From Guillardia theta CCMP2712 (taxonomy: Eukaryota; Protista; Cryptophyta): a DNA stretch of 64,000 nt. Numbering within the stretch: position 1 is the first letter of the stretch; every line of letters begins with the position of its first letter. The stretch covers positions 46,924 through 110,923 of the forward strand of contig NW_005434597.1 of the NCBI RefSeq assembly GCF_000315625.1, written 5' to 3'. Under the pieces are notes generated by a model, which saw nothing but the letters and a program-made list of their open reading frames with translations, searched no databases and was not told where the DNA came from. The position numbers and the translations under genes were made by a program. This document shows, piece after piece, positions 12,179 through 23,420 of the stretch.

Positions 12179-12670
12179 TATCAGAGCTCATAGGATAGCG
12201 AGCCCAACACAGGAGTGGTCAACACTCGAAATGTGGACAGCACACAAGGATAGCCTCTACAACTATCCAGACGAAAGACAGTGATTCTCTAACGGCTACT
12301 TTGGTTCAGAAGTCGGACCCCTCCGGGACGGCTTCCCTATCAAGCACCGGTGGAGCTCTCCTTTCTGGTAGAAACAAGAACAGGAGCAGCGCATGGACCA
12401 AAGGGGCCATAGCGACGGCACGAGGCAGGAAGACTCGTGCAAGCGAGGACCACTACCCCTGGGACTTCCACAGGGCTATAAAAGGATCAAGATCTTCATC
12501 TCTAGGTGGTCTGTCTTCCCTCCCTCTGTGTACCACGCATTTCCCTGTGTTGGTGTGGTTGCTGCAATAAAGCTTGATAATACTGTCTAGCACCATCTGT
12601 GTGATCCAGCGGAGGTTCTTTGAGCATTCGCTTGGCTAGTGTGCAACCCGTAAAGCTTCGGGGTGTAACA
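12179..12670 (+). repeat. 3' LTR (492 bp), preceded by a purine-rich PPT-like tract
   Basis: Copy of 6408-6900. AAGAAAGCGCAGAAAGAGCG lies immediately upstream. Confidence 0.95.
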
Positions 12671-14400
12671 ACCGGCAGGTACACAGTCCACAGCGAGAAG
12701 CTGCACAATCACACACAAAACACAAGCCCGAAAACAACCAGCACTGCTGGCACCCAGACGCGGCAGCGCCAGCCCAAGCGCGAAGCCGCGCAGACAAGCA
12801 GCCTAAGGGTCAAGCAATCAAGCAACAAGCAGCAGGAGCATGCAGGAGGAATAAAATCCCTTAGACGCGATACCCGGAGGCAGCCGACTGACCACTGTCA
12901 GTCGAGACGTCCGCTGCCGCCACAAAGCGGGCGGCCGCGGACGGAGAAAGGGCAGCCGCCGACAAGGAGCCGGCCGGGCGCTGCCCGGGGGTCCGCCTGG
13001 GGCAGCGGACGGAGGGAGGCTGGACACATGAACACGGTACCGCTCGAGGTAGTCCTCCTCGCTAGCCTCCAGCAACGCTAAGGGCCCGCGACCCCGGCCG
13101 GTTCCCCTCTCGCGGGCCAGGAGATACCAGTCGAGCATCTGAGCATAGCGGTGCGGGAAGGCCTTGAGGGGGTAGTAGCTCGAGACACGCTAGACTGCAA
13201 GACCCTATCCTGCGACTTGAGCGAGTGTGTCCTGCGGCTGTGCAAGGTGAGGATATCACGCTGCTGATCGGTCAGCGCAGCCTGGCAGCGCGAGCATGCA
13301 CATGGCGAGGGGAGACGCGCATGACAAGAGGGGTCACTGCCATGTCCGGCGCTGCGCACTGAGGCGGAGGCAAAACTTCGCCGGAGGTCTCCGACTCCGA
13401 TGGGGGAAACCTTTCGAGTGGCGCCGTAATGGCTGGCGAGGCGTCTCCGTCCCTCACTGTGACGTCGGGTGCCGTGCTTGCCCGAAAAGAACCAGCACTG
13501 CTGGCACCCAGACGCGGCACCGCTTGCCCAAGCGCGAAGCCGCGCAGACAAGCAGCCTAACTAAGGGTCAAGCAATCAAGCAACACATGGCATATCCAGC
13601 GCGACTCAGTTTGCGAATCTTCTCCAACGCTGCAACATGGAGGGCGTCGAGGTATATTCTCCCCGTTCAAGGCTTTTCGGGCTTGTGTTTTGTGTGTGTT
13701 TGCCAGTGCAGCTTCTCGCTGTGAGCTGTGTGCAAGCAGGTTTAGCTTGTTCCTGCTTTGTTTTGCTTGAGGCACTTTTTACCTTCTGCCAGTACTACTT
13801 GAAATCCGGCCATGTTACTCCCCCCACTTGGTTAGGTCGGCTCACAATGAGTTTTACCCGCAGTGGTAATTGCGAAGATGATTTACTGGCCGCGAAGGTA
13901 AAAAGTGCCTCAAGCAGTGGTTGATGTCCAACCTCCGAGGCTTCCTCTATATTCATGAGCGCTGAGTCTCGTCCTCATGTCACTGCGTCTCACCTTTCGG
14001 TGAGACTGCAGAGCTTTGGCTGACTTGTCTTGTGTCTTTTTGCTGCAATTCTCGAAGATTGACTGGCAGAAGCCTGGTAAAAAGTGCCTCAAGCAAAGCC
14101 CGCCGAGGAACGGAAAGTAAACCTGCTTGCACACAGCGCACAGCGAGAAGCTGCACAATCACACACAAAACACAAGCCCGAAAAGAACCAGCACTGCTGG
14201 CAACCGTCAGCACTCGGACCCGGCATCGCCAGCCCAAGCGCGAAGCCGCGCAGACAAGCAGCCTAAGGGTCAGGCAATCAAGCAACAAGCAGCAGGAGCA
14301 TGCAGGAGGAAGACGCAATACCCGGAGGCAGCCGACTGACCACTGTCAGTCGAGATGTCCGCTGCCGCCACAAAGCGGGCGGCGGGCCGCGGACGGAGAA
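12671..14400. repeat. Scrambled mosaic of CRE-like element fragments (right part), including reversed coding pieces
   Basis: 12671-13070 reverses ~3215-3605; 13125-13330 reverses ~1915-2170 with deletions; 13590-13655 reverses ~2545-2605; degenerate termini near 13786, 13880 and 14058. Confidence 0.88.
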
Positions 14401-14700
14401 TGAGTCGGAATCCGGGGACACCTGACAGTGGCACTGAGCACTGCTCCCCCCGGGCCCCCCGGGCCCCGGCGGCGGGCCCGGAGTCCGGGCCCGGCGCCGC
14501 CCGCGGGACTGATAGTACCTCCGCCACCGTGGCACCCGTGACGGAGGCTAGGGCCCGCGGGCCGGCGACTCGGCGCCGGGTCACTGATGAGTAGCCTGGG
14601 AACTTCAACGGCAACGCCCGCGTGACTTTGGCATGATCGTCTTCGTGACCGGCGTGGTCGCCCCGGGAAGTTGACCAGCCGGCCAACAACCACCCCCACC
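14400..14700. other. GC-rich palindrome-dense island 1
   Basis: Dense CCGG, GGGCCC and GCCGGC words plus CACTGA/GTGAC motifs; same composition as 35290-36110, 55185-55760 and 63925-64000. Confidence 0.55.
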
Positions 14701-15737
14701 CCTTTTAGATGCTTCAAGTACCCCGTTGTCCGCTAGAACATTGTGACGCCTCTAGCTCGATCTTGAAAGTTGATAGACCAGTCAAACCTCCTCATGCTGA
14801 CAGACATTCAGATACAATCACGCTACCTCTAGCGACTGCTGACGGATGGGAGTGTCATCACTGTACAGAGACTCCTTATACTGCAGCGTTTCAATATCAC
14901 TCGTCTCCTCGGAGCTAGTCTCGTCGCCGTAGCCCGAGGGACTACCCCACTGCTGACATTCTTATCTCTGGCTTTCTATCACTCACCCCTCCTTTCTAGT
15001 CTTTTCTGACTGTACCCTCAATTAAGTACCCCTTCTCTTGGACCCCCTACCTTGTAAATCAGCAACTGGCAATTGCAAGCAGCACATTTGCCCTCTTCCT
15101 TTGTTCTGTCTTGTCTCCTTCAATGTTTCCTCATGCCTTTCCTCATGATTGGTTTCCCTCTCGACCTCCTAGACCAACATACCCTCCTTTCTCCACCCCT
15201 ACCCCCATTTAAACCGTCACCCACCTCTGTTTCTCGCTGACCAGGCTGACAAATGAACAAGGTTGCGACTGCTCTACCAAAGTAAAGAGGGTCAGAGAAA
15301 TCATTATGCTGACATTGACTCATACATTTTACAATGTTTCGAAGGAGGTACCTGTCATCAAATCTATCTGCTGACAAATTTGTACTGCAGGGTAGTCTCA
15401 TGCTGATTCATATGCTGACCATTTACTCCAGTACTGAAATGAAATAGTGTTATTTCACTATTCTCTCCGACAATTGAAGCGGCGTTAAGTACCAGGAACT
15501 GTCAGCACTGTCATCAGCCCCCCCCACCACCTTTTAAAACCCTCAGGCGCGCTCCCGTCTCCACCACCTTCTCCTCCTTGTCCTCGCACACGCGCTCCTT
15601 CCTCGTCTGCTGCATTGAGAACCCCCACAACCCCCCACCCCCTCCAGCCCACTTCCTAACCCCCCCCCCTCCTCTCACGTCCTTCCCTTCTCGCCTCCCT
15701 CCCCTCCCTCTCATCAAACCCTCCTCAGCTAGTTGAA

Positions 15738-16931
15738 ATGCCTCGCCCACGCGCATCGCCTGAGAACCTCAGCCTGGCATTGGAGCTGTCTAGGATTGTT
15801 ACAACTCGTGATGGTACGACAGAAGAAAACTTCGTCGCGCGCCATGGCAGCGCGAGTCTCTTCAGTGCACTTGCGAGGTGCGTTCCTCCCGTGGTGAGGA
15901 CTACAAACTCTTCATCCTCAGACCGAACATCCATTTCTGAGGCTGAGATGCTGCGGATGCTTGAGACTCAGGACAACAAAGAAGAATTTGTTCGTTTCCG
16001 AAACAGGAAGGGGCTTAGAAAATCAGAAGATCCCACCGGAGCCGGCGTGAGCATGTTTATCGGGAGACGCTGGAGAGATCCTGAAGATGCATCTGACCGT
16101 CGCGTACTGGAGGAAGGGCATGCAAAGCTTCAATCTTCTTTCCCGATCTATGCGGCTCATTGCTCGATCTCGAAGTTGCTCGAGGTCGTTCGTTCAATCC
16201 GTCATAGCTGGAACCTTCTGTGCATGGAGTTGGATGCTCGTGAAGCTTCCCGATCGCCGTCACAGAGGGAATCTGAGTCGCTCAAGACAGATTCGTATCA
16301 TTCAGAGTCCTTCTCTGCTGTTTTCCCCCAGGCGTCCGTCGAGTGCGGCAAGAGATTCCGCCATGAGTTCGAGCAGTCGGCTGGGTCCCTCAGCATTGGC
16401 CACGTGGAGTATCCCCCGGTTTACCACACGGTTGGGTCGGTGCAGCTGAATGGCCTTGAGAACGGATGCGACGTGAGGCCTGTGAGCGAGTCTCCGCCAA
16501 GTGCTCCCTACTTCTACCCTGTGCAGCTCCCCAACGACCATGGCGACATGAACAGCTGGGGCAATAAGAGAATGCGGCATGATGAGGAATGGCGCCAGCC
16601 CCTCAGCTGCGAGGCTGCGAACCGAGTACAGATGGTTCAGCACGAGTGCCCTGTGATGGCTCACTCGCAGGACCTGCGCAGCTCTCACTGTCAAGACTTT
16701 GGCACCTTGTGCGTACTCGAACCTATGGGAGGAACGTTGATAGTGAGAGAATCAGCCTGCCGCTCCTACATGGGCGAGGAGAGGACCTATCAGCTACCGG
16801 TTGACAGCCAAGCCATGTGGATGGACTTACACGCCAAATCTGTTTTCGATGACTTCGATTTCGTGAGAAAGAGTGACGACTGGTACGGATGGAACAGACT
16901 TGCTCATTGTCCTCAGCCCGTGCACTCTTGA
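15738..16931 (+). CDS. Hypothetical protein (397 aa, apparently single exon)
   Basis: Long ATG-to-TGA ORF with normal codon use; globular-looking N-terminal half (EFVRFRNRKGLRK...FIGRRWRDPED). No family recognised. Confidence 0.7.
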   Translation: MPRPRASPENLSLALELSRIVTTRDGTTEENFVARHGSASLFSALARCVPPVVRTTNSSSSDRTSISEAEMLRMLETQDNKEEFVRFRNRKGLRKSEDPTGAGVSMFIGRRWRDPEDASDRRVLEEGHAKLQSSFPIYAAHCSISKLLEVVRSIRHSWNLLCMELDAREASRSPSQRESESLKTDSYHSESFSAVFPQASVECGKRFRHEFEQSAGSLSIGHVEYPPVYHTVGSVQLNGLENGCDVRPVSESPPSAPYFYPVQLPNDHGDMNSWGNKRMRHDEEWRQPLSCEAANRVQMVQHECPVMAHSQDLRSSHCQDFGTLCVLEPMGGTLIVRESACRSYMGEERTYQLPVDSQAMWMDLHAKSVFDDFDFVRKSDDWYGWNRLAHCPQPVHS

Positions 16932-17049
16932 TCGGATTGCGGTGCTTTGGGACTATTTTTCGCATTGTTTTGATGTAAATTTTCAATAGAATTCATTCAA
17001 ACATGATTGTAGTGCTGATTCACTGTCAGAACTGATGACCTTGACCTTG

Positions 17050-19340
17050 TCATGTTCGCCCCTCAGCGTGCTTCCCAAACAACTTCTCGTAGATGTCGTT
17101 GAGCGGCTGTGTCGCTCTGGTTAGCACCATGGAGAAGGGGAGGGCAGGGAGAGGCTCACCTTGTTGGGAGCATTGTTGAGGTAGTTGCGAGTCTCGAGCG
17201 AGTTGATCACCCATCTGCAAGCTAGTTGACCAGCTGGAGCAGCAGCAACAAACGAACCCGAACAGACCGAAGAGACTGCGCATGATGTGGGCAGTGCGCC
17301 ATTGAGTGAACTTGGCCTGGAACTCTTCACCTAGAGTCCACTTGTACCACTCGGGAGATCGCAGGAATGAGCTGCAGCGACGTGTGACCAGCTCCAGGTC
17401 CAGCTCAAAGCAAACCTCGTGAGCACGTCATCCAAAGGCGTGCAGACAAGGTTGGTGATGAAACAGATGGTGTAGGACGCAATCTACATGAGCCGTCAGA
17501 CTGAGAAGATCAAATTCCTGTGCGTCACCAAGAACATGTCGAGCCAGAATTGGTACCTTCCACGAAGCATCCAACCAGCCATCTGATCCTAGATCACAAG
17601 TCAGTCGCTGTGCTTGTATGTAACTTCGCCATCACCTTTGAAAACTTGTCCAGAGCTCCAACCAATGCAACAGAAGACAGAAACAAGAAGGCCCTCTGAT
17701 ACATCATGAGAAAGTAACAATACTTTCAAAGAAAACTGACTTGTGTGTCATCTGCTATCGGAGAAAATGATCTCAGAAATGAGCGTTGATCAGTATGCAC
17801 GATCAAGTAGAAATGAATGATTCCGATCCCTCCGAGAATTCCCTTCAAGTCGGTCAGCTGAGCACGTTTTGCACTGAAAATTTTGTGGGACCTGGCAGAA
17901 TATGAAACTTGAGGCGATCAGGGCAGCGATCAAGTCGAGGCAAGTTTCAAGGTTCTTGTCTCGCCCATGCCTGCACGTTGACTCAAGTCAATCGAGGGCT
18001 GCAGCAAACGAGGGGACAAGACAAGTAAAAGCACCTTCCTTGACTCAACAAGAACGACTTCGAGTCATCTCTGTGTTGCTTCTTCCGTCGAAAAACCTTG
18101 GCAAGAGTGAGCAAAGGGATCCAAGATCAGCTTCCATCACTCCAGTCCCGGTCGCCTCGACATAAACATCGGTCTTCCCCTGACACCAACATGAGAGAGC
18201 ACTTGTAGCAACACAAGGGAAACACCTGCATGGCGGAGTCTTCTTCTTTGCCTCCCAAGACCTGGTGTCGCATTAACCGCTTGCAGAGCTTGGAACATGG
18301 AGCTACCGGGATGCTGACGTCTTGCTCGTTCATCAGATCTTCTGGGCTCACATGCGGGAGAGTGAAGGATTCCGCGTGGCCTAATCAAGTTTTACAGCTC
18401 CATACACGCATGCAATCAGTTCACCTCTCTCAGCATTCCTCCCCCGGCTTCTTGACCCTCCAACTGCTTCTGCACTTGCCTGAGCACCAGCCTTGGTATC
18501 GCCCTGGCCTCTCATCACCACAAGAAACTCTCGCGGAAAGAAGAGGGAAGAGAGGAACCTGTTCTCGAGCAGAGGCCTGCTTGCCTTCCTCCTCCTTCAC
18601 TCGAGATGCTTCATCAGCAGATATCTGCGATGAAACTATTCAGCGCATACAAGCCACATGCACTCTCATTCTCCGTGGACCTCGGTGTCTTTTGCCGCAG
18701 TTTGTTCGTGCTCATCCTTGGGCCTGTAGCAGCGGCGTTATCTCGAGTCAGGGAAGCAGCGCAATGAACATGTTTGCTGCTTTTCCCTCCTGTCGGTGTC
18801 TTCCTCGTCTCCTCCCCTTGTCCTCGTCAGCCTTGTGTTCGTGATCCAAGTTCGAAGTATCGTCCGTCTCTTGAGCCTTATTTGTCGAAGAAGAAGTTCT
18901 TTCCGGAAGATTTTCATCCTGTTTGCCCTCGTGGTGCTTCTCTCGTCTCCTCCTGCTCTTCTTCTTCCCTTCTGTTTCCGACGCATCCAAGGATGGCAGT
19001 TGCCGAGCATGCGGCAGAGGCTCAGCGGCACCTCCTCCTCTCACCCATGGGAACTCAGACGACATGATTGGTCAGCAATCGAAGCCTCTGAGAATTCGTA
19101 AGCTCCAACGATGGCTCGCTGCCTTCCACTGGCCCTTGCAGTGATCCTAGTCAAGTTCTCCAGCTCCTGCTCGATTCTTACAAGCCAATCGATGGATAGA
19201 TGTGTATTAAATCTGAACGAGCTCAGCGCTCTTGCTCGTCTCTTCCTTCCTCTCACTGTTTTATCGCCTTCTCCTCTCCTCTCCTCTCCTTCTCTCCCCT
19301 CCTGCCCCCCGCCTCCTCTCCTTTGCCTTTCCCGCCATAA
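17050..19340 (-). CDS. Multi-exon hypothetical protein (charged/coiled segments; exon structure not resolved)
   Basis: Coding-like minus-strand pieces (EASRVKEEEGKQASAREQ; DLMNEQDVSIPVAPCSKLCKRL; last exon ...NDIYEKLFGKHAEGRT*) bounded by splice-like sites. Start uncertain. Confidence 0.45.
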
Positions 19341-19510
19341 CCGCCGGTCCCTTCCAGACAGCCCCAACACAAACACTACAGGCAGTACTACCCCTGGTAA
19401 TAGGCCGTTTTGGGGGTAGAGGGTCCAACGAATTCTTTGTAGGGGTATTTTAACAGGAAAAGGAGGGGGTAGTCAGGTGTATTCGAGGTGGTCAGCAGAT
19501 CCGCAGGGCC

Positions 19511-20318
19511 ATGGCAAACAAAGCAACGCCGGTGCTAGTGTGGCTGGCGATGGCAGCGACTGTGAGCGCTTATCAAGGAGGAGGAGTGAGATGGCTCAAG
19601 ACTCCTTGCTTGCTCACCCATGCAGCCTCCCATGCCTCCCATGCCTCCCTGAGGCCTAGGGTTCCTGCAGCCGCTGGCAGGGGGGCAATGTCGACACTGC
19701 GGATGGGGAGGATAGGCGGGGAGGCAGAGGCAGAGGAACAAAGGACCGTCAGGAGAACCTTCCTGCAGCTCGGAACAGGTGTAGGAATGATCTTGCTAGA
19801 CGCCGTCCTTCCTGCGGGTGCCAAGGGACCCAAGAAAACCACGGAGGACGTTGTGACATCCTTCGGGCAACTGGTACAGGCGCAAGGGACCATTGAGAAA
19901 GCAGATGCTCTCGCACAGAAGAGTGACTGGGAGGGAGTGAGAAGTTTGTTCAAGCAAGACGAGATCAAGAATATTGAGAACCTCCTCCTCGACCTGGTAT
20001 CTCTTGCCGCGGTCGGACCCTTGAAGCGTTCTAACTGGAGGGGTACAGGTGAATGGGCCAGTGATAAGTGCCGAGGACAAGAAGACGATCGGGACGAGGA
20101 AGAGGTACGGAATCGCTGCTGACGTCATCTACGGCATCGATGGCGTCCTCTCTGGCATCGATTCTCTCTCTACCCCGCAGGTCCAGAATTGCTCGGCAGG
20201 CTCGTGCAGCGGGGAGCTGGTGGAAGGGGAGGAGGAGATCAAGAAGTCCTTTAAGAACCTCAAGGCCTCGCTGAGCGAGATCCTCACCCTCTGCCGAGCT
20301 TACAAGGAGCTCAAGTAG
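19511..20318 (+). CDS. Nucleus-encoded plastid thylakoid-lumen protein (signal peptide + transit peptide + twin-arginine lumen signal)
   Basis: MANKATPVLVWLAMAATVSA-Y signal; RRTFLQLGTGVGMILLDAVLPAGA Tat-like signal with AxA cleavage; in-frame GT-AG intron 19997-20048. Confidence 0.75.
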
Positions 20319-20459
20319 CCTCCACCTCCTCCTGGTTTGCGACGGGTCGAAGCCTCTACCAACTTGTAAGCCAGTGCGTGTGCGGAGGGGCAACTCGAGC
20401 TTGTCTCGGGGAGTTTGAGAGTAAAGAATGCAAGCAAGAAGAAGAGGAGGGAGCAGAAG

Positions 20460-23118
20460 CTAGCAGAGCTGATTCTGCTTCTCCAACACCAGCTGGTGGT
20501 TGAAGAAAACCTTGACGTAGTCCACGCGCTTCCCCGCGTGCCCATCCTGCAACCTGATCTCGCAGTTCATTCCCCCGTCGTCGTTGAAGGCTCGGAATGA
20601 TGCTCGATGCTCCTGATCGACCTGCAGCTCATACCGCACCTGCCCGTTCTTCATAGCCTTGAGCGTGTTGCCGTTCCGCTCCTGCCCGTCGTGGTCCAAG
20701 GGAGGCTCGTGGTTGGCCAGCACCTTAAACGCGTGCTGGATGGAAGGGATCGCGCGGTAGATGGCGGCGAGTTGCCGATCATGAACGAACTTGAGGCTGC
20801 CGACGCCGACTGTGAGCTCGTGGAACTTGCTAAGCACACCTGTGATGAGCTCCATGTTCTCTTGCTCCACGTTGAGGCTCGGGAGAAACTTTCCGCTGTC
20901 ACGATTCGCAATCAGCCCGACCGGGAGGGAGCAGGGAGGCAGGGCGCCGCTGGGGGCCTGGTAGAGCGCGAGATTGTCCTCATCAGCCTCCCACTGGATG
21001 ATGAGGACGATGAACTTCCAGCTGCTGCCATGCTGCTCGTCCATCTGGCGAATGAAGTTGGGGATCTCGTCGCAGAGGTTCTTGTAGTAAAAGATCTCAG
21101 GGTTGGTGATGGCGATAAATCGACGATCCGTCGTCTTCAAGATGCTTCGATGATCTCGCGAGACAACGTAGGCTGGCACCATGGTGTCATAGCTCCAGCT
21201 CAGAATCGCCTTATCCGACATCATCGACCCGCACAAGTCGTACATCTCCTCAGCTCCCAGGAACCTCGTCCAGGTGGGGAAGTCAAGGTAGGCAGAGACC
21301 GAGTCGGGGTAGGCCAGGAAGCGCTGGCTCATAGAGCCTCGCTTCATCATGATCAGCTCCTTGATGTTCTCCAGACACTTGCTGCTTCCTGCCGCGCTGC
21401 CGACGATTCGAAGGCCCTCAACCTCGATGAAGCCTTTGTCGATGGACTCTTGGGAGAAGCAAGTCTGAGGGACGGAGGGGTCGAGAGAAGGAGCGATCAT
21501 GACATCGCCCGCGAGAACCTTGAACGCGCTTTCCTTGCTGTATGGGATACTGAGAGGCACGTGGAAGCCTCCATGCTTGTACAGAACTTCTAAGGCCAGC
21601 AGCTGCATGGCAGTCTGGTCCATCTGCCAGGGTTGATCGGTGTACATGTTACAGCAGAAGTAGTCGCCTTTCAGTTCCTGCATGCTACTCCAACACTTGT
21701 ACGTCCAGCCCTCGTTCTGACGGCAAAACTCTTCCGCCCAGCTCTGGATCCATCGCTCCGGCTTGCTGCCCTGGAAGGCGAACTGATGGATCACCTTGGG
21801 TATCTTCGCTCCTGGAGCTGCTGAACCAGCGTCGGGGAGGGGAACGAGCTTGCCGAGCGGCCACTCGAGCTCCTTGAGCTGGGGACATTTATCAAGCCAG
21901 AAGTTGTCGAGGGTGCAACGCCTGATGCTGTTGGCTACCCAGCCCTGCAAGCCGCTGCAGGTGTAGCCGAACTGAAAGGCGTAGGAGTGAGGAAAGTCCT
22001 TGAGGTTGATGGCGTCAGGGTTCGGGACGTAGTGGAACTTGGGGTAGAACCTGCGACAAGTCAGCTGGAGACGGCAAGAACAAGCTAGCTGAGGAGACGG
22101 CAAGAACAAGCTAGCTGAGGAGACGACAAGAACAAGCTAGCTGAGGAGACTCACCAGACCTGCGGTGGAACAGTCCACGGCATCTGAGTGTGGGAGATGC
22201 ACTTAGTGAAGGCCAGAGGTCCAGTGACCCACTCGACGCCATGATAAGGACGTTTGTGCGGGTAGACTCCCTGGATGTACTTGATCAACATGTCCACCAG
22301 TGGATGCTTGGGGGTGCAGGCGATGAAGCTGTTGCCGATGACGGAGTAGGGCTTGTCTTTGGTGTCTGGCTCATAGCCGCAGAAGAAGCCTGTGTCCTTG
22401 CTGGCATCGAGCACGTCCTGAAGGTCCTTCTGCAGCCACACCATGTCCGCGTCAATGTAGATTCCTCCTTCTCTCCACAGAATCTCCAGCCGCAGCAGGT
22501 CAGCCTTGCACTGATACATCCGCTCGCTGTCATAGAGGTCCTGCGTTCTCAGCTGGAGCTCAGCTACTTCCTGGTCTGTCCAGAGCTTGTACTCCCAGCC
22601 CGGATAGTGTGACCTGTACTTCTTCCTCCAGGTGTCCAGCCAGACGATCTACAAGACAGCAAGTCAGAGGGCGAGAACAAGAGAGTCTCACAAGACAAGA
22701 CGGGGGATGTGCGGAGAGTATGAATGGATTGCGCAAGGTATACCGGAGGTTGCTTGGGACCGATCCAGATCTGATGGATCTTCTTGGGAATCTTTTCTCC
22801 GATCCCTGTGTTCTTCTTGAGAAAGTCACTCATGAAGTTTCTCCACTCCTCCGCGTTCTCCACAGAGCATTCTCGATGATCCCAGTTGTTGAACTTGGCG
22901 ATGTTGGCGATCTTCAACGGGGGAAAAGGACTCTCTTGCTCGCTGCCGCCTTTCAATCGCAGGAGTCCGTGACGGGACGAGACAGCAAGAGGAGCGAGAT
23001 AGGCAGTGGAAGAGGCCTGGGGGGAAGAGATCCGCAGCCATGATGGAGAGGATCGCTCTGCTGAGCTCCCTGGTGCCGCCATTGCCGCCATTGCCAAGCC
23101 AAGCAACAACGCGGCCAT
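20460..23118 (-). CDS. Secretory-pathway GT32 (DXD sugar-binding) glycosyltransferase with two tandem GT32-like domains
   Basis: Signal peptide; domain 1 IPKKIHQIWIG...KADLLRLEILWREGGIYIDAD...TGP; domain 2 IPKVIHQFAF...LEVLYKHGGFHVP; several introns, e.g. 22051-22154. Confidence 0.88.
22067..22150. repeat. Intronic 26-bp tandem repeat x3.2
   Basis: ggagacggcaagaacaagctagctga at 22067, 22093 and 22119. Confidence 0.9.
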
Positions 23119-23301
23119 GGCGGGTAAGTAGGAGGGAGGAAGAGACTTTAGTGGGTCAAGGGGTTAGGGGTCACAGAGCGACCTCGAAGTACGGGTACGT
23201 TTAGCTGAGATAGTATGCTACAGGAGATGGTGGGGTAGTACTGCAGGGGTCATCAAAGGGGATATAAGGGCCTAGTGAAGGCGTAGGAGGGGGAGGAGGG
23301 A

Positions 23302-23420
23302 GAGACTGAAGGAAAAGATAGGATGAGACTGAAGGGAGAGATAGGATGAGACTGAAGGGAGAGATAGGATGAGACTGAAGGGAGAGATAGGATGAGACGG
23401 GAGGGAGGGAGAGATAGGAC
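23302..23420. repeat. 23-bp tandem repeat x4-5
   Basis: gagactgaagggagagataggat units from 23302. Confidence 0.9.

Larger units (their letters stand above)
6408..12670 (+). mobile_element. Full-length Ty3/Gypsy chromovirus LTR retrotransposon with 5-bp TSD ACCGG
   Basis: LTRs at 6408-6900 and 12179-12670. ACCGG at 6403-6407 and 12671-12675. Domain order is gag-PR-RT-RH-IN-chromodomain. Confidence 0.97.
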
